Assembly (NCBI GenBank): GCA_036867785.1
Contig: CP145420.1
Coordinates: 1,240,001 to 1,260,905 of the forward strand
DNA from: Plasmodiophora brassicae
Lineage: Eukaryota
Length of the DNA stretch: 20,905 bases
Reading direction: 5' to 3'
This document shows positions 20,538-20,905 of this stretch, piece by piece. Under the pieces are notes generated by a model. That model was not told the DNA's origin, made no database searches, and saw only the letters and a list, made by a program, of their open reading frames with translations. A program made the translations under genes and the position numbers. Each line of letters opens with the position of its first letter. Positions within the stretch are counted from its first letter, which is position 1.

Positions 20538-20905
20538 TTAGGGTTTTTAGGGTTTTAGGGTTTTAGGGTTTTTTAGGGTTTTAGGGTTTTAGGGGTTAGG
20601 GTTTTTAGGGTTTTTTTAGGGCTTAGGGTTTTTTAGGGTTTTTTAGGGTTTTAGGGTTTTAGGGTTTTAGGGTTTTAGGGTTTTAGGGTTTTAGGGTTTT
20701 AGGGTTTTAGGGTTTTAGGGTTTTAGGGTTTTAGGGTTTTAGGGTTTTAGGGCTTAGGGTTTTTTAGGGTTTTTAGGGTTTTTTAGGGTTTTTAGGGTTT
20801 TTAGGGTTTTTAGGGTTTTAGGGTTAGGGTTTTAGGGTTTTAGGGTTTTAGGGTTTTAGGGTTTTAGGGTTTTTAGGGTTTTAGGGTTTTAGGGTTTTAG
20901 GGTTT
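20537..20905 (+). repeat. Telomere: TTTTAGGG-dominated array with T2-T7 and CTTAGGG variants
   Basis: A G-rich tandem array running 5'->3' to the window end. Confidence 0.98.

Noticed and set aside
1-20905. Most remaining ORFs in the six-frame track
   Set aside because: They are R/A/P-rich shadow frames expected in GC-rich DNA, overlapping better-supported genes or repeats.

Overview
This is a eukaryotic chromosome end: a GC-rich subtelomere with short (49-83 nt) GT-AG introns that ends in a variable T(2-7)AGGG telomere, mostly TTTTAGGG. That combination fits a phytomyxid such as Plasmodiophora brassicae (inference only). From left to right: (1) the 3' part of a multi-exon Cys-rich multi-TM gene; (2) a ~7 kb decayed zone (2.6-9.9 kb) with four inverted repeats of different ages, some built from tail-to-tail paralogues carrying a USP-like Cys box, plus an ankyrin-like relic; (3) a frameshifted non-LTR reverse transcriptase; (4) an intact signal-peptide 7TM gene; (5) a frameshifted, intron-containing tyrosine recombinase (Crypton-like) with a 55-bp palindrome just upstream; (6) an intact membrane-anchored coiled-coil J-domain gene; (7) an intact 6-intron pogo-family transposase with unusual extra domains. 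The right end of the pogo element is cut off by the telomere exactly where a telomere-like AGGGTTT seed is predicted in its own terminal motif. All domain calls are by-eye motif recognition, not database searches.
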